A stretch of DNA of 64,000 bases from an uncultured virus (IMG/VR IMGVR_UViG_3300042861_002374) (lineage: Varidnaviria > Bamfordvirae): IMG/VR virus record IMGVR_UViG_3300042861_002374; one strand, given 5' to 3'. Position 1 is the stretch's first letter, and each line of letters begins with the position of its first letter. Positions 9,916 to 19,539 of this stretch are shown here, piece by piece. The notes below the pieces were generated by a model, which saw only the letters and a program-made list of their open reading frames with translations, did no database searches and was not told the origin of the DNA. The position numbers were made by a program, and so were the translations under genes.

Positions 9916-10788
9916 ATGAATACTCTTGTAGGACAAATTGAAAATGTTATTCAAAAGTCTATGATTAATTTTATAAATCGTGTATCTACAAAATATAATT
10001 TGGATTATGATGAATTGTTTGAATTGTGGGATAATAAGACAGATAATAGCATATTGCACTCAAAACCGAGTGCATCATCTTCAAATATACCATCTCCTAC
10101 AAAAACAGACAGTGGATCATCTGCTAAAAATGAAGGATGTCCGTATATTTATACAAAAGGAGAAAAAGAGGGTGAAACTTGTAACATTAAGCCTAAAGGA
10201 AATGTAGTATATTGCACAAGACACAAGAAATATGAAGGAAGTGAGCCAAAACAAAAGAAGGTATTGCCTTCTACAAAGAAATCTATTGGTGGAAATACTA
10301 CAGCAAAAAAGTCTCCTCAAAAGAAGGCAGTTAACACTGTTCTTCGTAAAAACAAGACACTCGACAAGCTATGGCATTCAGCGACTGGTATGGTTTTTAA
10401 GTCTGCTAAAGAAAGAGTAGTAATAGGTAAGTGTGTAGATGATAAACTACTACCACTTACTAGTGAAGATATTGAAGTATGTATGGCTCACAGTTTTGCT
10501 TTTGAAAAAGAATCAGATGATGTGAAAATACCAAATGAAGAATCTGAAGACGAAAAGGAACTTGTACCAAAAGTCTTTGCTAAAATTTCAGATAATAAGC
10601 AGGCCAAGTGCATTAAGAAATCTATAGCAGCTGCTATAACAGAAACAAAAATACAAGCCAAAGATGTTGAAGAAATTCTTGGAGAACTTCAGATGAAATC
10701 TAGCAAAAATTTAAACGAAAAAGAATTATTTGGTGACAGTGATAGTAGCGTCAAAAGCGAAGATGAAGATGAGCTAATAGACGAATAA
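9916..10788 (+). CDS. Hypothetical protein with a C3H-like Zn finger; paralog of 26362..27132
   Basis: CPYIYTKGEKEGETC...YCTRH; shares N-terminal KYNLDxxEL..W and C-terminal H..T..VF...IG....LT.EDI..C domains with the 26362 gene; acidic tail. Confidence 0.75.
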   Translation: MNTLVGQIENVIQKSMINFINRVSTKYNLDYDELFELWDNKTDNSILHSKPSASSSNIPSPTKTDSGSSAKNEGCPYIYTKGEKEGETCNIKPKGNVVYCTRHKKYEGSEPKQKKVLPSTKKSIGGNTTAKKSPQKKAVNTVLRKNKTLDKLWHSATGMVFKSAKERVVIGKCVDDKLLPLTSEDIEVCMAHSFAFEKESDDVKIPNEESEDEKELVPKVFAKISDNKQAKCIKKSIAAAITETKIQAKDVEEILGELQMKSSKNLNEKELFGDSDSSVKSEDEDELIDE

Positions 10789-10802
10789 TAAATAATTAGA
10801 TG

Positions 10803-10831
10803 ATTTTATAACCATAATATGGTTATAAAAT
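10803..10831. terminator. AT-rich palindromic hairpin (3'-end processing signal of the giant-virus hairpin-rule type)
   Basis: ATTTTATAACCAT-AAT-ATGGTTATAAAAT just after a stop codon; similar hairpins near 2671, 12684, 16164, 27146, 32315, 36563, 42170, 46190, 50641. Confidence 0.65.
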
Positions 10832-10854
10832 ATATAATATATTATATATAATAA

Positions 10855-12171
10855 ATGATTAGTAAACAAAAAGTTTTTTTAGCTATTCTAGTATTTATTA
10901 TTTTAATAGCATCAGGTGTTGTAATATATTTTATTATTAAACAAAACCATAAATCATGCAAAAAAGATTCAGATTGCACTTCAAATTCTTGTAATATAAG
11001 CACCGGACAGTGCAATCCGAAATCTGGTTGTTCTTCAAATTCAGATTGCACTTCAAATTCTTGTAATATAAGCACCGGACAGTGCAATCCGAAATCTGGT
11101 TGTTCTTCAAATTCAGATTGCACTTCAAATTCTTGTAATAAAAGCACTGGACAGTGCAATCCGAAATCTGGTTGTTCTTTACCTTCAGATTGTCCGGGAA
11201 ATATTTGTAATACAGCCACTGGACAGTGCTCAAAATGTACATCTAATTCAGATTGTCCGACTGATAAACCTTATTGCAATGATGAGGGATCGTGTGTTAC
11301 ATGTCTAGGAGATACAGATTGCACTTCAAATTCTTGTGATAAAAGCACTGGACAGTGCAATCCGAAATCTGGTTGTTCTTTACCTTCAGATTGTCCGGGA
11401 AATATTTGTAATACAGCCACTGGACAGTGCTCAAAATGTACATCTAATTCAGATTGTCCGACTGAAAAACCTAATTGCGATGATGGTAAGGGATCGTGTT
11501 TTAAATGTTCTTCACCTTCAGAGTGTCCAGGATATCTTTGTATAAGTGGACGGTGCGCGATATGTACAACAACTTCATGTCCGCCTGATAAACCTTATTG
11601 CAATGATGCGGGATCGTGTTCTAAATGTACATCTTCTTCACAATGCTTAGTTGGAAAGTGTAGAAGTGATGGAACGTGTGGTGACTGTAATGAAGGTTGT
11701 GATTTTTCAGCTACCGACCAGGGATTTTGCTACCAAAGTAATAAATGTGGTGAGATTTGCGGATGTACAGGTGGCGAAATATGTAATGGAAGCCCTTCAA
11801 CTCAAAATAGTTGTGTCAAGGGTCTAGAGGTGTTTTTTATAAGTCTACCGTATACTTTTGATCAAGCAAACAAAATGAAAAGTTTAGCTAATCCTGTTAT
11901 ACTAACTCAACTAGCAAATTACTCTCAGATTTACAACGCTTTTAATGTAGGGTTCAGAAATCATAATGATACTGTACGTGGATGGGTAGGTGGCGATATG
12001 GGGAACACATTATGGATTGATGGAGATAGTATTAAGACTACTCATACTGATCCAACAGCTGTACAAGGAGTATTCTTATATGGACCTAAACCCGATATTA
12101 ATTCATATCCATATCAAAATAGAGTAGGAATTTTACCATGGTCTAAGACACAATGGTCGATGTACACTTAA
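10855..12171 (+). CDS. Membrane-anchored Cys-rich repeat protein with a C-terminal Link-module-like domain
   Basis: TM anchor; repeated CSSNSDCTSNSCNISTGQCNPKSG units; C-terminal EVFFI...YTFDQA...QLANYSQIYNAFNVGF...GWV...GVFLYG. Confidence 0.75.
   Translation: MISKQKVFLAILVFIILIASGVVIYFIIKQNHKSCKKDSDCTSNSCNISTGQCNPKSGCSSNSDCTSNSCNISTGQCNPKSGCSSNSDCTSNSCNKSTGQCNPKSGCSLPSDCPGNICNTATGQCSKCTSNSDCPTDKPYCNDEGSCVTCLGDTDCTSNSCDKSTGQCNPKSGCSLPSDCPGNICNTATGQCSKCTSNSDCPTEKPNCDDGKGSCFKCSSPSECPGYLCISGRCAICTTTSCPPDKPYCNDAGSCSKCTSSSQCLVGKCRSDGTCGDCNEGCDFSATDQGFCYQSNKCGEICGCTGGEICNGSPSTQNSCVKGLEVFFISLPYTFDQANKMKSLANPVILTQLANYSQIYNAFNVGFRNHNDTVRGWVGGDMGNTLWIDGDSIKTTHTDPTAVQGVFLYGPKPDINSYPYQNRVGILPWSKTQWSMYT
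10967..11480 (+). repeat. Intragenic tandem repeats (72-bp units and a larger duplicated block)
   Basis: TTCAGATTGCACTTCAAATTCTTGTAAT...CAGTGCAATCCGAAATCTGGTTGTTC recurs at 72-bp spacing three times; the third unit plus its downstream sequence recurs from about 11315. Confidence 0.9.
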
Positions 12172-12225
12172 TTTTGTAAAGACAACTTATTTTTTAATCT
12201 AAATACGAGAACAAACTAATATAGA

Positions 12226-12684
12226 ATGCCTATTTTAAAGCATGTACATCACGGAATTCCAAATTTATATTCATCTCTAAAATATGATACATCATGTCTT
12301 CATTTTGCCAAACTTTTTAAAGGAAATAAACCATTTGGTCAATGGATGCCAAATTCTACTCACATGCACGCAGAACATAATGCGATCAGAATATTAAGAA
12401 ATCAAAAACAAAGAAAAAATCATCATCTGACAATGGTAGTTCTTAGATTTGACAGTTTGCATCAGCTAAAATTATCCAAACCTTGCTCTAGATGTGTTGA
12501 ACTATTGAACCGTCATAATATATGCACAGTTATATACAGCAATGAAAATGGTGAGCTAGTGAAAGAAAACACTGAATATATTGTTCACAAACCAAGTAGT
12601 ATGGCCTGTAATATTCCAAAGCATGGACGAATAGTATCATTCACTAAATTTAAAGAAATGCCACCAAGAATAGCCAATCATTAA
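12226..12684 (+). CDS. Zinc-dependent cytidine/dCMP deaminase-family protein
   Basis: HAE and SKPCSRC motifs, followed by VIYS. Confidence 0.85.
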   Translation: MPILKHVHHGIPNLYSSLKYDTSCLHFAKLFKGNKPFGQWMPNSTHMHAEHNAIRILRNQKQRKNHHLTMVVLRFDSLHQLKLSKPCSRCVELLNRHNICTVIYSNENGELVKENTEYIVHKPSSMACNIPKHGRIVSFTKFKEMPPRIANH

Positions 12685-12717
12685 ATCTTATATTTATAAT
12701 ATAAGATTTATAATTTT

Positions 12718-14253
12718 TCACCACCAACTTATTGCTAAAGCTCCTTTTGTTAAAATATTTGGTACACGTTTAAATGTTGTTAAATCTGTTGATGTGATAA
12801 TACCATTAGAAGTACTAAAAACCCAAACATTTTCATTCCATTCAATTGATTTAATAAAATCTCCCGAAAAAGATTCAATATAAGTCCAATCATTTCCATT
12901 TGGTGAGATTGCAATAGGATATTCTTTTCCATAACGGTTTACACCTTCACCTACAGCGATCCAAGTATTTCCAGTCCATTTTACATCATTAGCTCTTGAA
13001 AAAATATTACGCTCGCTATCTAAACCATGCCAAGTAAATCCTTCATCTAATGACCATGCAATAGTATTATTTGTTTTTCCATAAGTTATATCACCTACAA
13101 CAACGCAAGTTTTTTCATTACACGCTACCGCATTTGCTGTTACAAATAACTTACTAGAATCTTCTACACCTTTCCAATTTTTTCCATCTTCAGATGTAGC
13201 AATAGAATACGTTCCCTCTCCTCCACCTACAGCAATCCAATTCTTTCCATTCCACGATATTCCTCTTCCTTCCGATAAAATATTACGTGAATCTTTTACA
13301 CCATTCCAATATTTTCCATCTAATGACCATGCGATTGAGTAGTCTCCTACACCTACAGCTACCCAAAGATTTCCATTCCACTTAACTTGTATACCTCCTT
13401 GTGAAAAAATTTGATTAGTATAAGAATTGTCTGCCTTTATCCAAGTATTTCCATTTGGTGACCAAGCAATAGAAAAGTCAATTGATGAACCTACTACAAC
13501 CCATATTAATCCATTGCATGCTATTCCTGTCGCAAATTTTGAAAATAATTGATCAGGTATAGGCACCCATTCAATTCCATTTGTTGATGTTGCCATAGTA
13601 CCGGTAAATACATTTTGTGGCTTGCCTGGTTGAGAAAATGTATAAGGCATACCTACTGCAACAAACATATTTTGTATAAGAGGATTAAAACATCTTCCTT
13701 CTACACATTGTTGAGAATCTGGACATGTGCATGTACCTTTACAACCATCAGAACCAACAGAACAATCATATCCTGTGCAAGTAGTTGTTGGTATACAATC
13801 AACACATTTTCCACCTATACATTTTTGAGAATCTGGACATGTGCATGTACCTTTACAACCATCAGAACCAACAGAACAATCATATCCTGTGCAAGTAGTT
13901 GTTGGTATACAATCAACACATTTTCCACCTATACATTTTTGAGAATCTGGACATGTGCATGTACCTTTACAATTGTCAGAACCAAGAGAACAATCAGTTC
14001 CGGTACAAGTAGTTATTGGTATACAATCAACACATTTTCCTTCTACACATTGTTTAGAATCTGGACATGTGCATGTACCTTTACAACCGTCAGAACCATT
14101 AGAACAATCAGTTCCAATGCAAGTAGTTATTGGTATACATTTTTTATCGCGCTTTTTTATATTTAAAAGTTTTATTAAAACTATTATTCCTAAGATTAAA
14201 AATACTGAAAATATTAGTAAAAGAATTGCTTTTTGATTGTTAGTTAATTTCAT
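12718..14253 (-). CDS. Membrane-anchored protein with a Cys-rich repeat stalk and a beta-propeller-like head
   Basis: TM anchor; four 38-aa CIPxTTCTGxDCSxGSDGCKGTCTCPDSQxCxxGKC units (114-bp DNA repeats); repeated WNG..WVAVG...IAWS.DG..W blades. Confidence 0.8.
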   Translation of the reverse strand: MKLTNNQKAILLLIFSVFLILGIIVLIKLLNIKKRDKKCIPITTCIGTDCSNGSDGCKGTCTCPDSKQCVEGKCVDCIPITTCTGTDCSLGSDNCKGTCTCPDSQKCIGGKCVDCIPTTTCTGYDCSVGSDGCKGTCTCPDSQKCIGGKCVDCIPTTTCTGYDCSVGSDGCKGTCTCPDSQQCVEGRCFNPLIQNMFVAVGMPYTFSQPGKPQNVFTGTMATSTNGIEWVPIPDQLFSKFATGIACNGLIWVVVGSSIDFSIAWSPNGNTWIKADNSYTNQIFSQGGIQVKWNGNLWVAVGVGDYSIAWSLDGKYWNGVKDSRNILSEGRGISWNGKNWIAVGGGEGTYSIATSEDGKNWKGVEDSSKLFVTANAVACNEKTCVVVGDITYGKTNNTIAWSLDEGFTWHGLDSERNIFSRANDVKWTGNTWIAVGEGVNRYGKEYPIAISPNGNDWTYIESFSGDFIKSIEWNENVWVFSTSNGIITSTDLTTFKRVPNILTKGALAISWW

Positions 14254-14293
14254 TTATTTATACAAAAAAATAATATATATAATTTTTATCATA

Positions 14294-16154
14294 AAAGCTT
14301 CTTACTTAATTTAACGTGTCTTTTTAGATTACAAAATTAATTATCAATACATTTTCTTTAGAACTAAAATTAAAAAAGGAGGAGGATAAAAAAAATCCAA
14401 ATCCAAAGAAAAATTTGTAATAATTTTTGAAAATATTGGAAAAGAAAATCAAAAAAGGAAAACTTTTCAAAAGTTCGTACGAAAATCCGTTTTTTTAGGA
14501 TCTTGTATTTTTAAAATGCGTCCTACACACACACAAATTTCAAATTTTATAAAAAGTTACTTTTATCAGAGAATAGTCACTACTTTTTATTTTTTTACTT
14601 CTATTTCCAGCATTTTTCGGCATTTTAAATTTTACCAGGAAAAAACTCGTGTTTATCATAAAAAAGGTTATTCTTTTCATTCTTGGTTTAAATAAAAGAA
14701 TGAAAAGAATAAATATGGAACAATGTCAGTTTTGTAATAACATGTTTGGAGATATTAAAATGCTAAAACAGCACCAGAAAAAAACGAAGTATTGTCTAAA
14801 AATTCAAGAAGCCCAAGCGAAAGAAGAGGCTGATGCTAAAAAAAGAAAAGAAGAAGAAGAATTAATTTTAAAAGAAAAGACAAAAGAACTAACTTGTAAG
14901 TTTTGTAGTAAGGAGTTTAAAACAAAATATTTGTTAAATAAACATCAAACACAAACTAAATATTGTCTGTTATTGCAAGAATCTCAAAATTCTAAAGAAA
15001 TTGTAAAATCTTTTGTTACGTGTAAATTTTGCAATAAGAACTTTTCATCTTCAACTTTTAATAGACATGATTCAACATGCAAGAAGAAAAATCAATTTCT
15101 TCTTAATCAAAAAGATGACGAAAATGTAAGATTAAAAGCTGAGAAAAATGAAGAAATCTCTATTTTAAAAATGAAAGCTGAAAAAGATCAAGAAATCTCT
15201 ATTCTAAAAATGAAAGTTGAAAAGGATCAAGAAATTACTAGATTAAAAGTTCAAAAAGCTGAAGAGATTAGTTTAATATACAAGGCCGCTGCCGATCGTG
15301 CACAGGCTACAAATGACGAGATAGCAAAAAAACCGACCTATCAGAAAAACATTCAAAATAATTTGATGATATCAAGTCTTACTCCTCTTGATTTATCACA
15401 AGCTCGTGTTGATAGTATAATAGATGAAAAGTATACAAAGAATGATTTTTATGAAGGTCAGAAAGGAGCAGCACAAGTTGTTTACAAATATCTTTCTACA
15501 GACTCAAATGGAAAATCTCAGATAGTTTGTACTGATACAGAACGTGGTACGTTTCATCACATCGATGTTAATGGTGAACATGTTGTTGATTATAAGAATT
15601 CTCATTTAATAAACAGAGTACATTTACCTCTTAAGAGAAAAGCAAGTAAGTTTGCAGCAGAGGAATCTGTAAAAAACCCATCTGCTTTTAAAGACATCAT
15701 TATGAGCGAGAGTTCTATCAGAGAACTAGAAACAAAGCCTGGTTTGTTCAATAGAACAATGGCAAAACTTACAGGAAAGAATTGCGCTAAAACACTTACT
15801 CAACAACTTGATTTATCAATCACAGAAGAGTGGTTGTTAGAAAATGCAAAGTTTCTCACTATAGAGCATATTTTAAGAGGTCCAGAGGGTTATGCAGATT
15901 ATGCATTATCTTATCCTTTAAACAATCGGCTTATTATTGATGAAGACGATGATTCAGAACCTACATTTTTAAAATTCAAAAATGGTTCAGGTGAAATTAT
16001 AATTGATTACGGCGCAAATATTTTATCAAAGATGATATTTGAATCATTAAGAGAACAGATAATTTTTTTGTTAAACAACACAGAACATTTTTTTTCAAAG
16101 ATAGATACTATTTTTATGGAGGAGTTTACAAGAATTTTAATGGACAACATATAA
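14294..16154 (+). mobile_element. MIGE-like interspersed element, copy 1 (conserved non-coding leader + zinc-finger ORF)
   Basis: Leader and ORF are both homologous to the inverted copy at 44332..46157; similarity stops at the stop codon; flanks are unrelated. Confidence 0.65.
14700..16154 (+). CDS. Multi-zinc-finger, coiled-coil repeat-family protein
   Basis: Three CxxC...H...C fingers (CQFCNN...HQKKTKYC etc.), coiled coil, conserved FYEGQKGAAQ...IVCTDTERGTF domain; start placed at MKRINMEQ by comparison with the paralog. Confidence 0.85.
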   Translation: MKRINMEQCQFCNNMFGDIKMLKQHQKKTKYCLKIQEAQAKEEADAKKRKEEEELILKEKTKELTCKFCSKEFKTKYLLNKHQTQTKYCLLLQESQNSKEIVKSFVTCKFCNKNFSSSTFNRHDSTCKKKNQFLLNQKDDENVRLKAEKNEEISILKMKAEKDQEISILKMKVEKDQEITRLKVQKAEEISLIYKAAADRAQATNDEIAKKPTYQKNIQNNLMISSLTPLDLSQARVDSIIDEKYTKNDFYEGQKGAAQVVYKYLSTDSNGKSQIVCTDTERGTFHHIDVNGEHVVDYKNSHLINRVHLPLKRKASKFAAEESVKNPSAFKDIIMSESSIRELETKPGLFNRTMAKLTGKNCAKTLTQQLDLSITEEWLLENAKFLTIEHILRGPEGYADYALSYPLNNRLIIDEDDDSEPTFLKFKNGSGEIIIDYGANILSKMIFESLREQIIFLLNNTEHFFSKIDTIFMEEFTRILMDNI

Positions 16155-16215
16155 GTTTTTATGAAATCTTATACTGTTATAAGATTTACAAGAAGAATAC
16201 ACATACTACCAAAAA

Positions 16216-19200
16216 TTATTCTACGTTTTTAAGGTCTTTAGGTTTACGTTTTTCTGACGAACCACATGTATTATCTTCCAATACATATCCTTTTTTATCC
16301 ATCCAAATATGCAAATATGCACATAAATCGCTGGTAAACAGACTACCCCAGAATAATATACGTCTTAACTCATTTTCTGAAAGTGTGGGATCTGCAAGAG
16401 CTTTTACACTTTTTGTAGATATGGCGCTTAATAGTTTTTCTTTAGTTGTTATTTTATTAACAGTTTCTAATATATTCTTCATCTTTTTTGTTGTAGCGAT
16501 GCCTTTATCTAAAAGAGCATTATCAATTTCAGTTAAATCATCCATAGTTGGAATTGGTATATTTAAGTTTTTCTTGTCAAGTATTATAGAAATCAATTCG
16601 GATTTGTCTTTTGTAGTACATACTCTACCAGATGTTTTTTTATTACCTTTTACTTGTTTAGTCTTAACATCACGAATGCAAAATTCATCGCTGTCAGGAT
16701 TATAAAGACCGTAATATCCGTAAATATTAGATTCTAACATTTGTTGTTTATCATCCTTATATTTTTCTTTTTTGTCAGCATATTCTTTACTGCAATTCTC
16801 CCAAATTGCATTTTCTTGACTATCGTCAAAACAACGAAGGTTTATATTTTCTTCCGAATCATCTAGAAGCCATGAAACCCATATGTTATCAAAGTTAGTA
16901 TATTTACTTTTAAAATATTTAAGAATTAACTCTCTTGTTTTTGATCCAGGACCATTGTCAATTCCCATTTTTTTATAACGAATATTACCTTCTATACTAC
17001 CTTCTATAAAGAACTCGCGTACTTCAATAGGTAAACGAATCATGACTTTTCTAATATCTTTGATAGAAGTAGCTTTTGAAGCTAAATTAACTATTTCGGG
17101 CAATGAATTAATGTATATAGGTTCGATAACATCATCAAAAGTAATTGGTTCCTTAATATGAGGATATTGAGTATAATATTCAGATGAAGAAGCGCCAATA
17201 ACAGAAGAGAGACTGTCAACGAGAAAAAATATGTTATTATCTTCTTTTAGGTATGATAAAAATCCATATTTGTTCGTTATTTTTTTACTATCATTGATCA
17301 AAACACGCAAAGCTGATATTATCTCAAATTCTTTAAATGTTGGCAAATTATCAATAATTGTATTCAAATCAAGTCTAAAGTTATTTCTAAACATAAGAAT
17401 TATTTCATCAATTATATTTTGTATATTTTGATCATCATATTGTAAATAAAATGTAGAATAATCTAAATCTTTAATATCGGCAGGAACTCCAATATTATCA
17501 CACAAATAATTACAGTCCATATAATCACATTCTCTTTCGTTGTCATAACCAATAAGATGATTACGACTATAAAAAAGAGCACAATCCCATGCTGATTCTT
17601 TCATAATACGTTCAACTCCTTTTATAGAAATATCTTTATCTTCAGCTTTTTTGTACATATGCAAATCAATACTAGGAACATCTTTTGTGTACGGAATTGA
17701 AACACGTTGATAAATATTTAAGGTTGGAACAATTCCAGATTCTAATAAGTCACGATGCGATCCTAGACGATATCCACGAGCAATAGCTTGAGAAGTTTCG
17801 CTATAATTAAACCAAGGAGTTTGAATTTCTTCTACTTGAATATTTTTAAATGAAAATCCTTCGGATATTTTACGAGACCCAATAATAACATTAATTATTT
17901 TTCCGTGAATATTATCAGGTTGATTAAAACGTTCGACTAGTAATCGAATTTGATTTACTGTAGAAGTTTCGCTAGTTAAGGATGCATATCTTAGTTTTTT
18001 CGAATTTAATGGTTCATTTCCAGAAGCTTTACTGAAACCAAAAAGTTCTAAAATTAAACCAAAAAGTATAAGACCAGATCCAGTAACAAATTCGTTATAG
18101 ACAAAGATAGATTTATTTTCAGATACGGCTTGTAAAATATTTCTAATCGATGCTGCGTATTTACTGCTAAAATGAGATAAATTATCTATCATTTCATCTT
18201 GTGTATCTGCTTTAATTAGTTCGTTTAATTTGTGTTCGGTATTAAAAGAATACTTATAACTAGCTTTTTTTCCTGTCTTATTACCTATACCTAATATAGA
18301 ATCTTTAATTCTTGATATATATTTATTGAATCCAACTGATCCATATGTACCATCTGGAAAAACAAACAAGGCTGCTTGACGAGAATTTGAGTATACACCT
18401 TTATGTTCCCCGTGACGATCTTCAGTATAAGCGAGAGCGTACTGTTTTGATTGAAATTCTCCCATAAAATCATGTACAATTACGAAGTGTTCTAACTCAG
18501 AAACTCGATCACCAACAAACACTTTTTTAATTTTACTCTGCATTGCTTTCAAGTAAGAGACTCTTCCCTTGAATAATTTCTTAAGATGATCTATTTTTTC
18601 AGATTTAATATAGTATAATTCATCGCCTTTTTTGTCAAAAAAATTATCTACAAACTCTTGTCCAGTTGGAAAAATTTGATTATCATCCGGAAGAATGAGA
18701 TTCATAACGGACGCTATTTCGTCAACTCCATCTTTCATTGGAGTTCCACTCATGAGCAAAATTTTACAATCCTTTACCGCATGTAGAAATCTCCAAAATT
18801 CTTTATAAACATTTAATGATATTTTTATTGTTTTTCCTGGTTGATCTGATTCTTCTTCAACATATGCTTTCATCCGCAGATTGTGAACTTCGTCTATAAT
18901 TATTATACTATTATTGAAGTTTTCTTGGCACCATTTAGAAAGAGATTCATCTGTTTTATAGAAGCTAATTTTCTTGGCAAATGTTTCAAAAGTATTAGTA
19001 TCATAGTAATCTTTTATAGCTTTTTTCTTTCTGTGAACTTTTTCAAGATCTGTACTGTCTTTATATCCCGGTGGTATATAGCGACCATCTGTGCATTTGA
19101 AGATCAATTCGTTTATAAAATTATCTATTAAAGCATCTCCTTTGGCTAAATATAAAGCTCCTTTAAACTTTCCTTCTTGTCTAATCTGTTCTATAGCTCC

Positions 19201-19479
19201 GACGGCAGAACAAGTTTTTCCAGATCCCATTTCATGTACTAAAAGAAGCTCGTCGTAAAGTGTATTAGAAGAGAAAAAATGAGCGATAGCTTTTTGATGT
19301 TTCATAAGAGTGCCAGTTTCAGTAGGAATTTCCTCAAATTCTTTAAGACGATTATCATAAAATTCTTTTTTCTTGTATAAAGTTTCGTAGAAATCTTCAT
19401 CATACGGATTTAAAATATCATCAATATCACGATTAATATTTGGATATTTAAGAAGAAAGTTAGTAATATCTAATTCCAT
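16216..19479 (-). CDS. D6/D11-like SF2 (SNF2-type) helicase
   Basis: LLVHEMGSGKT (Walker A), IIDEVHN, LMSGTPM, SEGFSFKNI, QAIARGYRLGSH. Confidence 0.92.
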   Translation of the reverse strand: MELDITNFLLKYPNINRDIDDILNPYDEDFYETLYKKKEFYDNRLKEFEEIPTETGTLMKHQKAIAHFFSSNTLYDELLLVHEMGSGKTCSAVGAIEQIRQEGKFKGALYLAKGDALIDNFINELIFKCTDGRYIPPGYKDSTDLEKVHRKKKAIKDYYDTNTFETFAKKISFYKTDESLSKWCQENFNNSIIIIDEVHNLRMKAYVEEESDQPGKTIKISLNVYKEFWRFLHAVKDCKILLMSGTPMKDGVDEIASVMNLILPDDNQIFPTGQEFVDNFFDKKGDELYYIKSEKIDHLKKLFKGRVSYLKAMQSKIKKVFVGDRVSELEHFVIVHDFMGEFQSKQYALAYTEDRHGEHKGVYSNSRQAALFVFPDGTYGSVGFNKYISRIKDSILGIGNKTGKKASYKYSFNTEHKLNELIKADTQDEMIDNLSHFSSKYAASIRNILQAVSENKSIFVYNEFVTGSGLILFGLILELFGFSKASGNEPLNSKKLRYASLTSETSTVNQIRLLVERFNQPDNIHGKIINVIIGSRKISEGFSFKNIQVEEIQTPWFNYSETSQAIARGYRLGSHRDLLESGIVPTLNIYQRVSIPYTKDVPSIDLHMYKKAEDKDISIKGVERIMKESAWDCALFYSRNHLIGYDNERECDYMDCNYLCDNIGVPADIKDLDYSTFYLQYDDQNIQNIIDEIILMFRNNFRLDLNTIIDNLPTFKEFEIISALRVLINDSKKITNKYGFLSYLKEDNNIFFLVDSLSSVIGASSSEYYTQYPHIKEPITFDDVIEPIYINSLPEIVNLASKATSIKDIRKVMIRLPIEVREFFIEGSIEGNIRYKKMGIDNGPGSKTRELILKYFKSKYTNFDNIWVSWLLDDSEENINLRCFDDSQENAIWENCSKEYADKKEKYKDDKQQMLESNIYGYYGLYNPDSDEFCIRDVKTKQVKGNKKTSGRVCTTKDKSELISIILDKKNLNIPIPTMDDLTEIDNALLDKGIATTKKMKNILETVNKITTKEKLLSAISTKSVKALADPTLSENELRRILFWGSLFTSDLCAYLHIWMDKKGYVLEDNTCGSSEKRKPKDLKNVE

Positions 19480-19539
19480 TTTCTCTTTACCAATATATAT
19501 TTTAGGTAGATTTTTTATACATACAATAAGTATAAAAAA

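Noticed and set aside
10967..14140. CRISPR-like array
   Set aside because: The repeats are in-frame coding units with no unique spacers, and there is no cas operon.
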